Shown here: piece by piece, positions 1-29,366 of the stretch
Numbering within the stretch: position 1 is the first letter of the stretch
Layout: each line of letters opens with the position of its first letter
NCBI GenBank assembly: GCA_012295275.1
Contig: CM022672.1
Location: 11,532,001 to 11,596,000, forward strand
Origin: Chrysomallon squamiferum
Taxonomy: Eukaryota > Animalia > Mollusca
Reading direction: 5' to 3'
Length of the DNA stretch: 64,000 nucleotides
The notes under the pieces: generated by a model
Told to the model about the DNA's origin: nothing
The model's input: the letters and a program-made list of their open reading frames with translations, nothing else
Database searches by the model: none
Program-made: the position numbers and the translations under genes

Positions 1-912
1 ACTTTCTCTCTCCACCTGATAGACATATTACATGATTTCAAATGTTACAGGTACAAAAACCAAAGTTTAACAGATAAACACTGAACTAAAGATTTGTTTC
101 ATTTAAACCTAAATTTGGTTTTGAAATGTGAATTGTTAAGGCTCATTTCTAAACAAGATGTAGTTTAACACAGACATGTCAAAGATTTTGGAAAAACGGG
201 TTATGGTTTCATTATGAAGGAAACAAAATTTGTATTGTTAGAAAAACAACAGGATAGATGTAGGCCAGGGTAGTCCTTGTCTATCCAAACACTTTTATGT
301 TTTCACAGATTGTTGGGTTTTTTGTTGTTTTTTTTGGTTGTTGTTTTTTTTACATTTTATGGATATTGCTAAACCTTGATACTGGATGTTTCAGGTATTA
401 CAAATAAAACAACAGCAATGTTCTGCTTATCACAAGTTTTTTAAAGAAGAAGTTTTAAAATATTAAATTAATTTATTTTTTTAAAGAGCAACACCATCCA
501 CTAATTTGGATGTAGGTTACAATCAATACTCAAGAATTAAATACTTTACAGAAAATAATATCAGACACCTGTGATATTTAAAATAAAACGAGATCTGTTA
601 TAAACAGCTCTTAGGCAGATGCTCTAAAATAATTAGAATAATTTTTTTTTAAAAACACAGTATGTCCACTATACTTCATTCAGTATTAAAGTGTTAAATA
701 TGAATTATGTAGAAAAACTAGTTAAGTACAAACTTATTCTAAAAAATAAAAAATAAATCAACTGACCGGCTAACAAGTAAAGACTCTTGTTTATTTTTAT
801 CTAGGTGATTCGTTTTTGCCTGGAACATAAAAAAAAAAACATAATTTGACAACACCAAAAGCATTATAGAAATGATTGAGAGGATAATAATAATATATAT
901 ATTTTTTTTTAA

Positions 913-983
<71 letters not shown>

Positions 984-3900
984 TTTTCTTTTATTTATTT
1001 ATTTATTTATCATATTTTTATTATTATTATTATTATTTTTTTTTTTTTTTTTGATGTCACAGATTTTTTATTTCATACAAATAAACTAAACTTCTTTCCA
1101 TTTTATATTTCTTCCGCCTCTTAAATATTTTTATTTCTCCATTTCTTTCAACAACTAACATTCATTCATTCTCTTGTATAACAAACGAACAAAGTCAGAT
1201 CCTTGTAATGCTAAACTTCCCCTCAGTAATTATCAAACCTTTGATATTTCACATTCCTGGACATCAAGTATTTTTGTTACTGAAGAAAGACGAACATTCA
1301 GCAGTTCTATATTAGATTCCAAATTCTCATTTTCTGCTTTGAGAATCTGAAGATGAAAAATTTAATTTAATAACAGGACAAAATGTTACAAAAATAACCC
1401 ACAGAAAATTAGAATATCATTGAAAAATATACCAAATATATTGTTTACTGATTTAGTAAACAGTATCATAAAGTTTTTCATTTGTTTTAAGTTACAAAGT
1501 CAAAATTTGTATTTATTTTTCATCAAGTATCAGCCACAAAGTCATAAGAACTTAAAGAAAGTATTTTCAAGATCATGATGATAGTCTTATTTTCTTTATC
1601 AGTATTCAAAATATTTACCATAAAAATCCTTCTAGAAATGTAAGCAATCCTATAAGAACCATATTCATAATTTGTTGTGACATAAATTATTAAAAAAGTC
1701 CTAATCGAATAGAACTGAAATGAAAGCCAGATTTAAGATCCATAGTTAAATGGTTTTATATCCTTACATAATCAAATCATCCCTTTTACAATTTATTGTT
1801 TTCAAATGACAGTCAGTTCCATACCTTCAGCTTGTTTTTAAGAGTTTCATTTTCCTTCACCCATGCTTCGGTTGGTTTGTATGTTTGTTCTGCTTCTCCA
1901 ATGTACAGTTTCATCTGTTGTATCTGACGTTCTTGATTTTCTAATGTTATAGTCTTTGATCTGTAAATAAAATATTAACTCAGTGATGTGTTTAAATTTG
2001 TTAAATTTATCTCCAGCAAAATATAAATAGAGATAAACAGACAAACAGACAGACAGACAGACAGATACAGATAGACTGATAGACAAATCGAAAACTAGAG
2101 AAACAAACAGATATTAGGCGGAATGATAGACAAAGAGAGACAGATAACATATTCAGACAGATATAGATATAGACAAATAAACTGATAGACAGACATAGAT
2201 ACAGACAGATAGAAAGGCAGAGAAATAGAGAGAGAGAGAGAGATTAGATATTCAGACAGACAGACTGATAGATACTATAAATGATTTCCTATTTACCTCA
2301 GTTCTGTTTCAAGCTGATGGATGGATGAAGCAGCCTGCTCTTGAACTAACTCCACTTCATTTTCAAGTTCTCGAATTCTTTTATTATACAAAGCCTTGCA
2401 CTCAGTCAGTTGTGCAGTGATGTTATTAAGCATTGCTGTCAATTCTTCCACTTCTTTTTCATGTTCAATGCTCAACCGATCAACCTGATAACGACAGGGA
2501 ATAGTTTATCAATAAAGAACAGTGGTTAGTTTTATGTTGATGCTTTACAACAGTCAGTGTTAAATCTATTTTGAGGTGCTGTTGAAACCTTAAACTGATG
2601 TCAGTATTAAAAGCTATTAAACCTGCTTCAATTTATAATTTTAATAATATATATACTTATTGACATAATAGTTAATAAATTAACTAACAATTCAACAGTT
2701 ACAATGCAAATGAGTGAGACAAAATATCTCAACGTTACATCTCCAAGCATAACTTTGACAAATATGACCAAATTTTAGTTAATGATCAAGAATAATACAA
2801 TTACAGCAACATATTAATGAATGACTTTATGTTTAGTGATATCACAATGTGTTTATTTCTAACAACTTATTAGGAGTTAACTGTGAAAATCATTTGAGAT
2901 AGGTAACTATTGATTATTTTTATGGATTGGCTGGAACAGATTCTTTGTATGGCATAATGCTATGATTTATTAAAAAAAAAAGGAAAACTTACAGAAAAGA
3001 ATTTAAAAAAATAATAATAATAATAACCAAAGAACATGCTATAATTACATGTAATAATTTACTTCCACATGAAAACAAACAATTTAATAACACAAAGGAT
3101 TATTAAACATTTAGAATAAAGACTCTAGACAAGCACAATTACAATAAACAGAATCAAATAACATTACTTCATGTTTAATTTCTGTTTATTTATTTATTTA
3201 TTTATTTATTTTTATTATCATCTTTTAGTACCAAAATGTTCAAGAATATAAAACAAAGTTAATATTTTATCAACTCAATATGTTTTACATTTTATTTTCA
3301 AACCCAGAATGCAGATGAAAACATCTTCATTTCTAACCTGTTCTTCATGTCTGCGGTCCTTTTCTCTGAGAGATTCTTTCAGTGATGTGATGTCCTGATG
3401 GAGTTGTCTTTCCTGCGTTATCAGTCTGTTCTTCAGCACACTCACTTCTTCACTGTGTTCAAACTGCAGACGTCTTAACTCAGTTTTCAGTTTCTCAATC
3501 TCTGTAGCTTGACGACTTATCAGTTCATCTGCATAATTCTTGTCCTCTTTTGATGTCTGCTTCACAATCTTTACATTGGCATTAATCTTAAAACATTGAA
3601 AAGTGCAGGTAAGTGTCCAGTTTGCACAGTTTGTGATAAGAAAGGTGTGCTGAAGATTTCAACACACCCATAAAGACTAACTCTATAATAATTCTGCATT
3701 CCTTACTTTTTCTTTAATATTCTAAAAATAACTTGGGTTTTTACCCCATGTTTTGTATGTGTGTGTGTGTTTCTGTGAATGTGGGTTTTGTGGGTTTTAT
3801 TTACCCACATATATATATCAAAAACAGAAAAAAAACTAAAATTAAATCTCAATTAAATATATAGTTTCTATAAACCTAACCAAATATTAAAGAGTATAAA

Positions 3901-5462
3901 TTGGTATGAATAGAATCAGTGAAAACCTTACTTCTGGATCTGTTGGTAAAACAATTTTATTAGCCATTCTGCAAAAAAAATAAATTAAAAATTGATTAAA
4001 GAAACAATTTTTTTTTTTTTTTTTTTTTTTTATATTGGAAGAATATAACTACTATGTAATGCATAATTTATATTAAAAAATACATATAATTTCAAATCAA
4101 TATGTCTAATAAAACGTTTTCTAAAAAAAATATTAAATAAAAAGATAGTTCACACGAAAGAAGTAAAATAAAAAATATCTTTAAGATTTTGGTGTCGTTT
4201 TTTTTTTTTAATTCTAAGATATGTGCTCCTTGTTTTAAACAAATGATCTTAAATTTTATGCTGGTTACTGAAGAACAATGACAATGAATTGTGTATCTAA
4301 CAATCCCCAACCCTTGAAAGGGTTGCTAGCTCACAGGTTGAGAATAACTATTTCAATAAAAACAAAAGCATTAAAAAAACCCAAACATTTGTTTCAAATT
4401 AAACATAAATAACTAGGAGAATAACAACCAATTTTTTTAGATTATTGGCTTGTAAATAATTCCTCATATAATTAATTAATACATATATAATAATAACTTA
4501 AATAAGTAATTAAATTACAGATTATGTGAGACAGCACATAAATGAATAACAGGTTGGTGGCAGCTGCAGCACACTGGTAATAACAAATTTTGTCAATACC
4601 ATGCACATTCAGAAGTGGTTACTCAACTACAAATCAAAATACATGTAAAAATATCCAAAGGTAACCTTAATTTTTGATTTTCATCTTTAAGTTGCATAAT
4701 TTCATTTGTAGCTTTAGCCAGTTCTTTCCATCCTTCAGGTTTAATTCTTGAAGCCTGGAATTTTGATGGTGGAATCAGCTCCATTTGTGTTACTGAATGA
4801 TGGGAACCTATAAATAAAAGATATGTGTTAAATGAATTTTAAAATAAAAAAATAAAAAAATAAAGGAGATAGCTATTACTAAAAGTACATTATTGTAATT
4901 TTCAAATATTTAAAACAATAGAATAAAAATCTGTATCATTTGTTTATTGTTTGTTGTGTTTTAATTTATTTTATATTTTTATTTTTATTTTATTTTTTTA
5001 TTTTTTTTATTTTTTTATTTATGTTTTTTTATTTTTATTTTTATTTTTTTTTTTTTTTTTTTGTTGTTGTTGTAAGTAAATAATTCTTCTGGCCTATTAT
5101 TATTTATTTATTTATTTATTAAAATAAGATGCATTTTACAGCATGTTACTTTGCTTTATATAACACTGAATATTATGAACAACTGAAACACAAACTGTTT
5201 TATTAATTCACTATAAAGAATAAACAATAATCTAATAACGCTATATCCTGCATGTTTGAACTTGTTAAATGTCCAGTAATTGCGTAAAAACACCAACTAA
5301 AATTAATTCTTAATTTTAAAAATTTACTTTTGCAAATAGTTTAATTGTCACTACTTAATATGCATAAATTATTCATGTGCTTAAAACTTTTACAGCTAAA
5401 CTGTTACCAATTTTTTCATTTCCAGTAATGAAATCAGTTGGTTTGTTTAAATGTGCCGCCAT
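1..5462 (-). CDS. CCHCR1: Coiled-coil alpha-helical rod protein 1 (CCHCR1), 5' part; continues beyond window start
   Basis: Phase-consistent GT-AG exons 5462-5408, 4807-4666, 3968-3932, 3586-3338, 2484-2297, 1960-1825, 1346-1239, 819-767, 15-<1. Translation contains ELIPPSKFQAS, KLYIGE..W..E, ENLESNIELLNVRLSSVTKILDVQECEI and QESLLVSRWREKV, matching remembered human CCHCR1 motifs (LIPPSHFQAR, ELLQVRVQSLTHILALQEEEL, QSLLNRWREKV). Confidence 0.9.
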
Positions 5463-5465
5463 CTT
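5455..5465 (-). promoter_or_regulatory. YY1-type motif AAGATGGCGGC overlapping the CCHCR1 start codon
   Basis: Exact GCCGCCATCTT on the + strand; this motif commonly overlaps the ATG of animal housekeeping genes. Confidence 0.55.
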
Positions 5466-6641
5466 GAAGGATAACTCTACTGATTCTTTGTAAAGTTAAA
5501 ATTTACCGAGACAATTCTCTCTCTCTCTCTTCGAATGATGAGTAATAAATATGGAGGAAAAAGCATCGACATAAATACTATAACAGTAATAGAAGCAGAT
5601 CCGGACTAGTCCAAAAAACACCCTTTGACAAGACATTAAGACCTCATAAGTTATAAAAATGTGTAAACCTTTTTCATTTTCTTCTGTACAATACAACATT
5701 TTATACATTGAAGATACGGCCCTTTGCAACAACAAAAATATTCTATAATCAAGCGTGCCAGTGAAAACATTAGGGTATGATAGTGTCTAGGTTCGTCCAA
5801 AGCTGGCAACAGACCAGGCCAGATGGTAAACGAAAGCAGTAGTTCCAACAATTCATTAAATAAGTTTCTAATCAGTCTTAAATACATATGATTTATGAAG
5901 GGTATATGCATGTACATGCAATACATATGATATACTGGCAAGTAACATAATTAATAAAACTGATTTCTAGCATTTGGAATTTTCCTCTTCTTCTTTTTCT
6001 TTTCTTCTTTTTTGAATCTGTATTTTTTTTTATAAATTTTCTTTAAAATATTAATATTCTGAGCTAAATATATAAACATAAATTAAGTTCGGGATTTGTT
6101 TTTCGCTATCCGACTTCAGAAAACATCACGTTAAGAATACAATTTATGACCCTGTTAAGCATCGGCAAACCAATATTTATATTACTAGATAAAACTTTAA
6201 TTTATCTGTATTTTGAACATAATAATTATAACACATTATAGTTGGCTAAGTTTTTTTTGTTTTGTTTAAATTAACAAAACTTTTCATTATATCGGAAACT
6301 TCATTTAATTTAAGAAGTCCATATAGTCTGCACACTGTTCAAATTCATTACTGTAATTTATTAATAATTTTTATCTAAGATGACATTTCACTACTTCTTG
6401 CTGGGAAATTAAATATTGTAACCGCCTTGCTTAACGTAACAGGCATTAACATTTCAGAAATAATGAGAGAAAGTGGCCCACACGTCTGACACATGTATAC
6501 ATCACACATCATAAAGACAAATACCCTTGTCAAATGCATCTTCCCGGTCGACAGTGAACCAACCTGCTGTTGTTTAGCCATGCCGCTAAAATTTTAACGT
6601 ATTCGCGCTAGGAACGTGGGGGCAGCAATAGGTGGCCGAAA

Positions 6642-22651
<16,010 letters not shown>

Positions 22652-23387
22652 AACGAATTTTTGTTTTCCCCCTACGTTTTTGTTTGATCTTGTTTTATTT
22701 TGCTTTGTTGTTAGTTTGTAAGGGTTTTTTTTGTGTGTGTGTGTGTGTTTTTTAACATTTGTAACCCAAATACAAACTCTGTTTTTCGGAATATATGATC
22801 ATTTATTTCTTAAATTAGTGAAGGCTAAACAACAGTGAGTTTTTGTCATGGGCGGATGCAGACGCTTTGGTTAAGGGGATAGAACGGTTTGTTCATGCAG
22901 GTGGAAAACAAGGACAAATTTCTTTTTTTTTTTTCTTTTTTTTTCCCTAATTTACCTCAATGCTTTACTGATAATTAGGGCGTGTACGAAAGGTTGAAAT
23001 GCAGTTTTCCAAAATAAAATATAGCTTCAGTGTTGAAACTTTTTGTTTGTTAAACCATTAACGTGTTTGCTCGAATATACTTAACTGCAATACCATTAAA
23101 TAACTAAAAATGAATGTTCATATAAAAATGACTTATTTCAATTAATGCAAGGTCTGATTATCATTCTACGTCTATTGAAACTTTAGCCACACATTCTACT
23201 CTTGATTATCAGTGACGCTCTCCCAAACACACACACAGATGTGTATGTGTTTATGTAGGCATATATGTGTGTGTTTCTGTGTTTATACACACACACATAT
23301 ATAATTTTATGTAATTTTTGAGACAGATTTTATGTTACCTGTACGCGTATTTTGTTTCGATATGACTATAAACAATAAACAATGGTT

Positions 23388-24472
23388 TTAAAATGACCAT
23401 GATTCCGTGAAATAAATTCTTGGTAAAGGATGTGTGCACGAAGTTAATTTGATGGATCTTGGAATATTGTTAACCATGATCTGTTTTTCTGAAGTTTTTC
23501 CTCCAAGAAGTGAAAAGTCGATCTGGTTTCGAAAACTGTATCGTAAATCATTTTTTCTCAAAGCTGCTGGAGTTTCTCGTTTCCATTTTGTCCTGAAAAA
23601 CAATTCGTCGGTATTAAAAACAGATTGTCTTTCCTTGTTTCATGGGAAAGAGAAACATTCAGATACACAGCGAATATAGACAAATTGATTTAATTATTAT
23701 ATTAACACAGCAGAAAATAACTGATTATTGGTTTCTTACTATGGTTATTATAATGACAAGAATTGAATATAGCAAAATAAACAAGTGAAAAGCGAATATA
23801 AAACACCATACGTTTATATTTATTATATGTTTGTTGACTATAAATGCATTGCAAAGTAAGTAATTAAAACTGTAAATTCAAATAAATAAATAATACAAAA
23901 AATAATAATAATAACAACAACAACAACGTTCAAAATTTAAGGAGTAACAACAAAAATATACGTCATGGGACAAAACTTGTAATATCTGTTTAGGGTTTAA
24001 TAAATTATTTTAATAAAATGTAATCATTAATATTTTTCCAATCGATTTTCTTAAAGCTTTTCAGACCCGGGTGTATCTTTTATTATTATTTTTGTTTTCT
24101 TTCCTTTACATATTTGTAGTATAAGTAAAGTATAAAACAAACTAATACCGTAACTGAATCCAGTGCATGACAGTCCGTTCAGCAAAAGTGTATCTGTCTT
24201 GTGGATGATTCGCCAATTTTGTGATGTAAAGAGGGAACTGTATTTAACACCATCGTAGGATTGCATTTAATGTTATACTGTTAACTCAGACATATGTTAA
24301 TGAAAAATAAAATGTTTAAATTTTCAGAACGGTATATATCGCGTTAATCTGAAGAATGCCAACCACCTGACTCTTAAAATAACGATCGTTAAGAAACAAG
24401 TGCAGACTGATACCTTCCATTGTTCCATAGCAATTCGAACAAGTCAGCGTTTAACCAATGGAATGAAAATAT

Positions 24473-24530
<58 letters not shown>

Positions 24531-25270
24531 TATTATTATTATTGTTGTTGTTGTTATTATTATTATTATTATTATTTTTAATATAACATTATTAATTATT
24601 TTTAAAACTAAACTGCACTTTTATATATCATTTGTGGTATATTCTTTAAAAATAACCTATAAGAATAAAAAAAAATATATTAATAATAAAAACTGCTACT
24701 TAGGTTCATAAGATCACAATAATCCTTTATGGATTACATTTCCATCATTACACAACATTATTCTCTGTAAACACTCATCAAATACGGCTTCTAAGATTTT
24801 CAAAAGATAAGGGCTTCGCAACATTAAAATCCTGCCTTGATCTTATATAATGTGTATGTCTGAACTTACCTTCTGTTCTGGTACCATGTTTTTACTTGAC
24901 TGTCACTAAGATTGAGAGACTGGGCAAGATGGCACCTGTCAGAAACACTGAGATATTTCTGATAAATGAATCTCAGTTCTAAAACTTGCAGCTGCTCACT
25001 GGTGAAGGCTGTGCGACGTCTGCGCTGAAGTCTGCTCGTTGAATTATGTTGTAGAGAACCTTTGTGGGAAACTGAAATAATTTCCTTACGTCGTGATTCA
25101 CAAATCCGAGAAACATCATCAGTCAAAAATTGATTCTTCAGAGTCTTTTCTCCATCGTTGCTCGTGTATTCGTCTGTATCCAACTGTTTTTCATATTTGG
25201 TTAATTTATCTGTCGTGGAGTTAACTGTACTCAGTATATTTTCAATAAGAAAAGAACTTTTGTTTGCCAT
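23388..25270 (-). CDS. BARHL: BarH-class (NKL/ANTP) homeobox transcription factor, about 201 aa, two exons
   Basis: Exon 1 25270-24870 (donor gtaagt, phase 2), exon 2 23592-23388 (acceptor tttttcag). N-terminal eh1/FIL motif SSFLIENIL; homeodomain [52 protein letters not shown]|TKWKRE with the Bar-type WYQNRR (Y49) and BarH-type KYLSV and TKWKR. Confidence 0.85.
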
Positions 25271-26014
25271 TTTTTATTTTTAAGGCTGTGATATTTCAAA
25301 ATATGATTTCACAAATTTGAGATTATCATCGACAAAACCAAACTGTTACTCAATCATTACAAATTTTACGAGATATATCTCCAGAATCACATTTTAAAAT
25401 CTTTTAAAAATTGTGTATAATTTCAAATATTTGTTAAAACTGATGTATAACTTCATTAAAGCCTTATATAAAACAAGGAATATTTAATCCACAATCTTCA
25501 TTTACGTTCAGCAGTGATTTTGAAAACCCATGTCTATGTTTCGCAGAGAAACACAAAGCTGCAGTCTTCCAAACTCCTAACTCTTTAGTGACAGTTGCTA
25601 TTTCATTCACTTTTCGTTACTCATAGATGATATTTCCATCTCAGTGGACACGACAGTAAATGTATCAGTATTTCCGTTTAGAAATAATTCTACAGACTTT
25701 AGTCATAAATTGAGAAATAAATGACAAAATTGTTAAGATAAGATTCATTTATTGTTTATAAATGAACAAGAATTGCGGTATAAATTACTTCGACTGAAAG
25801 AAAATGCTCCTGGATTTCTATATATCTTTCATTTTAATATCACAATGAACACAGTTTCAGCGCTTATCATTGTTTAAAATAATGTACAAATATTCAGTAC
25901 CAGAACTAAATAAATCTATATTATAGATTAAAAACAGATGTAAATAAATCATATAACAAATGATGTTAATGTGTGGTATATGTTGATTTGCCAACAGACA
26001 CCTACATCCATATT

Positions 26015-26098
<84 letters not shown>

Positions 26099-27514
26099 AT
26101 ATGTGTGTGTTATTACTGTTTCATAACTATTAAACAAAAACTATCACCACTATACCTATCATATTCGTGATTATCATCACCATCATGGACTAATAACCGC
26201 GATGACCGTATTTTATCAACAAACAGCGATGTAGAAAATGATATATAATACCTTCAAACTGCTTGTAACTGAAAATACTCTAAAAGAACATTTACGAAGG
26301 TTTAAGGACAATTAACGCAGATAATTATTTACTTCATGGTTGATTTCGCACATGTACTGGTCAGACAGACTGCAAGCCACCGAGACTAATTAAATAATAT
26401 ATCGCTTAACTTGAACCGTAAATGAAACTTTTTACTGTATATATAGTAATACAAAAGGAAAAAAAAAAAAAAAAAAAAAAAGACAAGGCTTTATTATACT
26501 GAACTAAAAAAGAAATTATATACTGATTTAAAAAAAAAAAAAAAAAAAAAAAATAAATTTCATATTTATTTTTCTGCAAGGTGCAAGGAACCAAAATCAT
26601 TTTTTTTTTTTTTTTGGTTATAGCTAACTAGTTATCGAACAGACAAGCACATTACAATTTTTTTTTATTTAAAAGGATGAATCCATTATACTGGTCAGAC
26701 GTCCTGCTTTTGAGCACCATGTCCTCCGTTTTGAGCCACCTCAAGGATGGCCTAAATTTGTCTCTTTTTTAGGGGGACGGGGGGGGCTGTCTAAAAAGTA
26801 ATAGGTAAACTATTTCATGTAAATATATGATAAAACCGCATTTTTCGCTATTACTTCCATTAGTCTGTAAAGTAAATTGATTTGGTTAGCAAACAGTATG
26901 ATATTCCAGCTAGAGTAAAAAGGAATATTAATTTCTTTCAGTTCTTTACTGATACAGTATGAATGCATTCATCATGTGTGTAATATATATAGTGCCTTTA
27001 AAAATTTTAGAAATTTTAGAAAACAACAAAACAGCCTTCTTTACATTATAGTGATATTTGACAAATCATCACTTCTAAGTATATTTTCTATGTTTTATAT
27101 TTCAACTCATCATTAAACATGTTTAATTTAGGTTAAAAATAAGTGTGACAAAATTTTAAAAAATATCCTTCCTTTTGGAAATATGGAAATCGCCACCCAA
27201 GTGTCCATCGTAATTTCAGTTCAACCTTCTTAGCCATTGCCGAAAACTCTATCAGCCAGCACTGGAATCTAATGTATGAGGAATTTAATTTTAAAAGAAT
27301 CTTGCATACTACTGAGTAAAGATATTACGTTCACAAGTCGTTATGTTTCTCCTCCAAATAAAAAAATAAAAAAATATAATAATAATAAAAAAATAATTGA
27401 ATAGAAAAAGAAAAAGAAAAAAAAAATAAAAAAAAAAAAATGGAATCTTTACGATAGCATAAATCTTTGCAGATTAGTTATGTTCTCTGACGGGATTTTT
27501 GTACATGGGTGTCT

Positions 27515-27557
<43 letters not shown>

Positions 27558-28103
27558 GATTTTATCTGTGTATATATGTAAATAAATGCTCAGTCAAAGC
27601 GCTGGAAGTAGTGTTTTTTTGTTTTTTTTTAATGAATTAAACATTAAAAGTTTGCTTTATAATCTGATGGAAATAACTACAATTATTTAGGCAGTGGTTA
27701 TAGAACTTCATATATTAAAACGATATATAGCGTTTTATAGCATTTTTATTACATATATTAATAAGAGAAATATTACAGGCTATGGTTAGTTTATTATTCA
27801 TTACACAGATACGGCGCTTTGAGAGAATGGCATATCAAAATATATGGGCGTGGTTGTCGCAAACTTAGATATTTCTTTTTCTTTACAAATTAACGCAGTG
27901 AAGAATATATTCAATGATATATAGACATAACAAATACGAAATATCGATAACAAATAAAATAAATACGCTAACTATAAAAGTATAAGCAAAGAGTATTTGT
28001 ACAGGTATTCGGAAAGTGGTACTTGACAATCGATACTGAATAGTTACAAATGGATTACGTCCCTTCCTTTGAAACTCTTTCGAGCGTAAGAAATAAAACC
28101 GGT

Positions 28104-28117
28104 GTCGTCCTGGAGAC
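28104..28117. promoter_or_regulatory. Candidate RFX X-box upstream of CFAP77
   Basis: GTCGTCCTGGAGAC is an imperfect 14-bp palindrome resembling GTTGCCATGG(C/A)(A/G)AC, about 100 bp upstream of the ATG of a motile-cilia gene. Confidence 0.5.
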
Positions 28118-28218
28118 CAACAACAGTATTGGGCTATACAGCACTACAGTATTCAGAGACAAAACATTAGACATTACTGTTTTATTTAGGAGGCGGTCAT
28201 TAATTCTTTACTACAATC

Positions 28219-28512
28219 ATGACATCTGCCGCTGCATTTAGAAAGAAAGAGGTGCCTTTTATGCACACGGCTACTGGTTTCTTGGGTGAAAAACGTGATA
28301 CCATGCTTCAGAATGAACTTCTGTTGAGGGTAAGTCATAAGAAAACTATTTTTTAAATTAATATTTTAAAATTACTATTTATATTTTTAAAAATACTGCT
28401 TAATGAAAAACTAATAAAAGAAAAAGTAATAAAACCTTCATTATAACTTTTGCAGACTGTTCAAAACGAAAACAAATACTACTACTACTACAACTACAAC
28501 TACTACAACTGC

Positions 28513-28544
<32 letters not shown>

Positions 28545-29299
28545 GAATTAAATATAAGAAGCAGAAAAGATTAATTAGTCCATACACTATGGGCCTTATT
28601 GTTAAAGATAATTAATACAAAGTTTATTTAGAGCAGCTTGTCATTATTCTGTTTACAACAATCTTGACATTGGTTGGTGCATTTAGAAAGAAAAAAGAAT
28701 ATATATATATATATTATAACAATCTTCTGTTACTGTTGTTTTGATTTTTTAAAATTAATTATCTATTTTAAAATATATAAATTGTTTGTGTTTATTTTTT
28801 ATTAATTTTCCTATTTTCTATTAAAACACTTTTGGGAATACTCTTAGTTACATTGACATTTTACAGGATATTTTTCTTTTCAGCCTAAGTTAGGTGAACC
28901 TAGAAGCAGAGGTCTAATAATTCCAGGAGAAGGTTTTATTTATGGTGTATCAACTGATTCACATGGCAATACAGCAGCTGAAGGTATTTAAGAAAACAAT
29001 TTTTTTTTTAAATCACAGACCCCCCCCCAAAAAAAAAAAACAAGTACAATTGCTTTCTGCACACATAAAATATTCAACTTTATTAGATTTTAAATATATT
29101 ATTCTGTAACATGGTCATTTAAAAATAAAAACCTGTATATCACACAAACAACTTTTTTTCACATTTGTTAAAGCAGCTAAAAGAAAGTCAGTGAAGTATT
29201 AATAAAATTTTACTTTTGCTGTTCAATTTTTTTTTTCTACTTTAAATTTACAAATAAAGCTGTAAATATAAATTGATGATTGTTCTCTTCTTGCATATC

Positions 29300-29366
<67 letters not shown>

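Noticed and set aside
872-1054. Low-complexity ORFs in the track (poly-L, poly-I, ERERER, YVCM, YIHT, SLSLSL; also 12544-13429, 17770-18019, 25949-26170, 46578-46826, 50518-50713)
   Set aside because: They are translations of (TTA)n, (GA)n, (CATA)n and (GT)n microsatellites or wrong-frame reads across real exons.
5496-6581. Short - strand ORFs between CCHCR1 and the SRCR gene
   Set aside because: No recognisable domain or splice pattern; the region is best explained as the shared promoter and 5' UTR interval.
26688-27200. Possible hAT-type MITE ends (GGTCAGACGTCC... and ...ATCGCCACCC) between BarH and CFAP77
   Set aside because: Too degraded to show matching TIRs or a target-site duplication by eye.
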